Assembly (NCBI GenBank): GCA_054600435.1
Contig: BAAIJX010000023.1
Coordinates: 186,001 to 250,000, forward strand
Source: Neophaeotheca triangularis
Taxonomy: Eukaryota
Direction of reading: 5' to 3'
DNA length: 64,000 nt
Positions 63,536 through 64,000 of the stretch are shown one piece after another; the first letter of the stretch is position 1, and the number at the start of each line of letters is the position of its first letter. A program made the position numbers and the translations under genes. The notes below the pieces were generated by a model that was given only the letters and a program-made list of their open reading frames with translations, did not search any database and was not told where the DNA came from.

Positions 63536-64000
63536 TTTTGATTGAAGGGGTTTTGGCGGGGGTGGTGGAGTTGGGGTGTTTTGAGGAGGTTTGATTGGGG
63601 GTTTTTGATTTGATGGGTTCTTTGGGCGGTTTCGAGCGGGTTTCGGGGTTAGTGGTGTCGAGGATGCGGTTCAGGGGGGAGTTGTTGGGTTGAGGGGAGG
63701 GGACGAGCGACGACGCATGGATTGGGTGTGGGTGCTCTATCGGCTGGATTGTGGAACTTTTGCGAATTCAATTTGCTTTATACCGTAGGTACATAGATGC
63801 TTACTTCTTTACTCTCTCTCGTCGTTGCTGCTCACCATGGAGCTGAAATTATACATAGTTGGACTAGGTCTTTAGTTAGGGTCTTTGCTTTCTGGGGTAG
63901 ACTCGATCGATGTAGTTGATCTATCGGAATTGAAAAAGTATCAAAGCCTCGAGTCGGAGTTTTCTGAGCTGGAGTAGCTTTTGGGAAGACCCAAGTCCAC

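Overview
Eukaryotic, intron-containing DNA from a filamentous ascomycete. Short GT-AG introns with CTRAC branch sites, a RIP-mutated transposon and the gene set point to Pezizomycotina, probably Dothideomycetes (inference). The window is gene-dense euchromatin with about 24 protein-coding genes, most of them housekeeping: SEC21, PLP2, two SDRs, SYF2, UBP3, GPI2, an HGT1-type sugar porter, SUI1/eIF1, adjacent MET3 and MET16, PDCD5 and RGD1. I reconstructed exon boundaries by hand from splice signals and frame continuity. Most notable observations: (1) a 1.31-kb RIP-inactivated Tc1/mariner element with 18-bp TIRs and an apparent DD46E catalytic spacing; (2) a recurring C/A-rich to G/T-rich strand-skew switch every 2-4 kb, always in the same polarity whatever the gene strand; (3) a P450-reductase-like FAD/NADPH protein that lacks the FMN domain and carries a CCxxxCC motif; (4) a disordered Arg/Glu-rich protein with repeated DIDIDI motifs; (5) several translational or splicing control candidates (weak eIF1 AUG, uORF inside a putative MET3 5'-UTR intron, overlapping uORF on GPI2, stop-free 3n introns). 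I found no rRNA, tRNA or CRISPR, and no clear novel multi-gene system.
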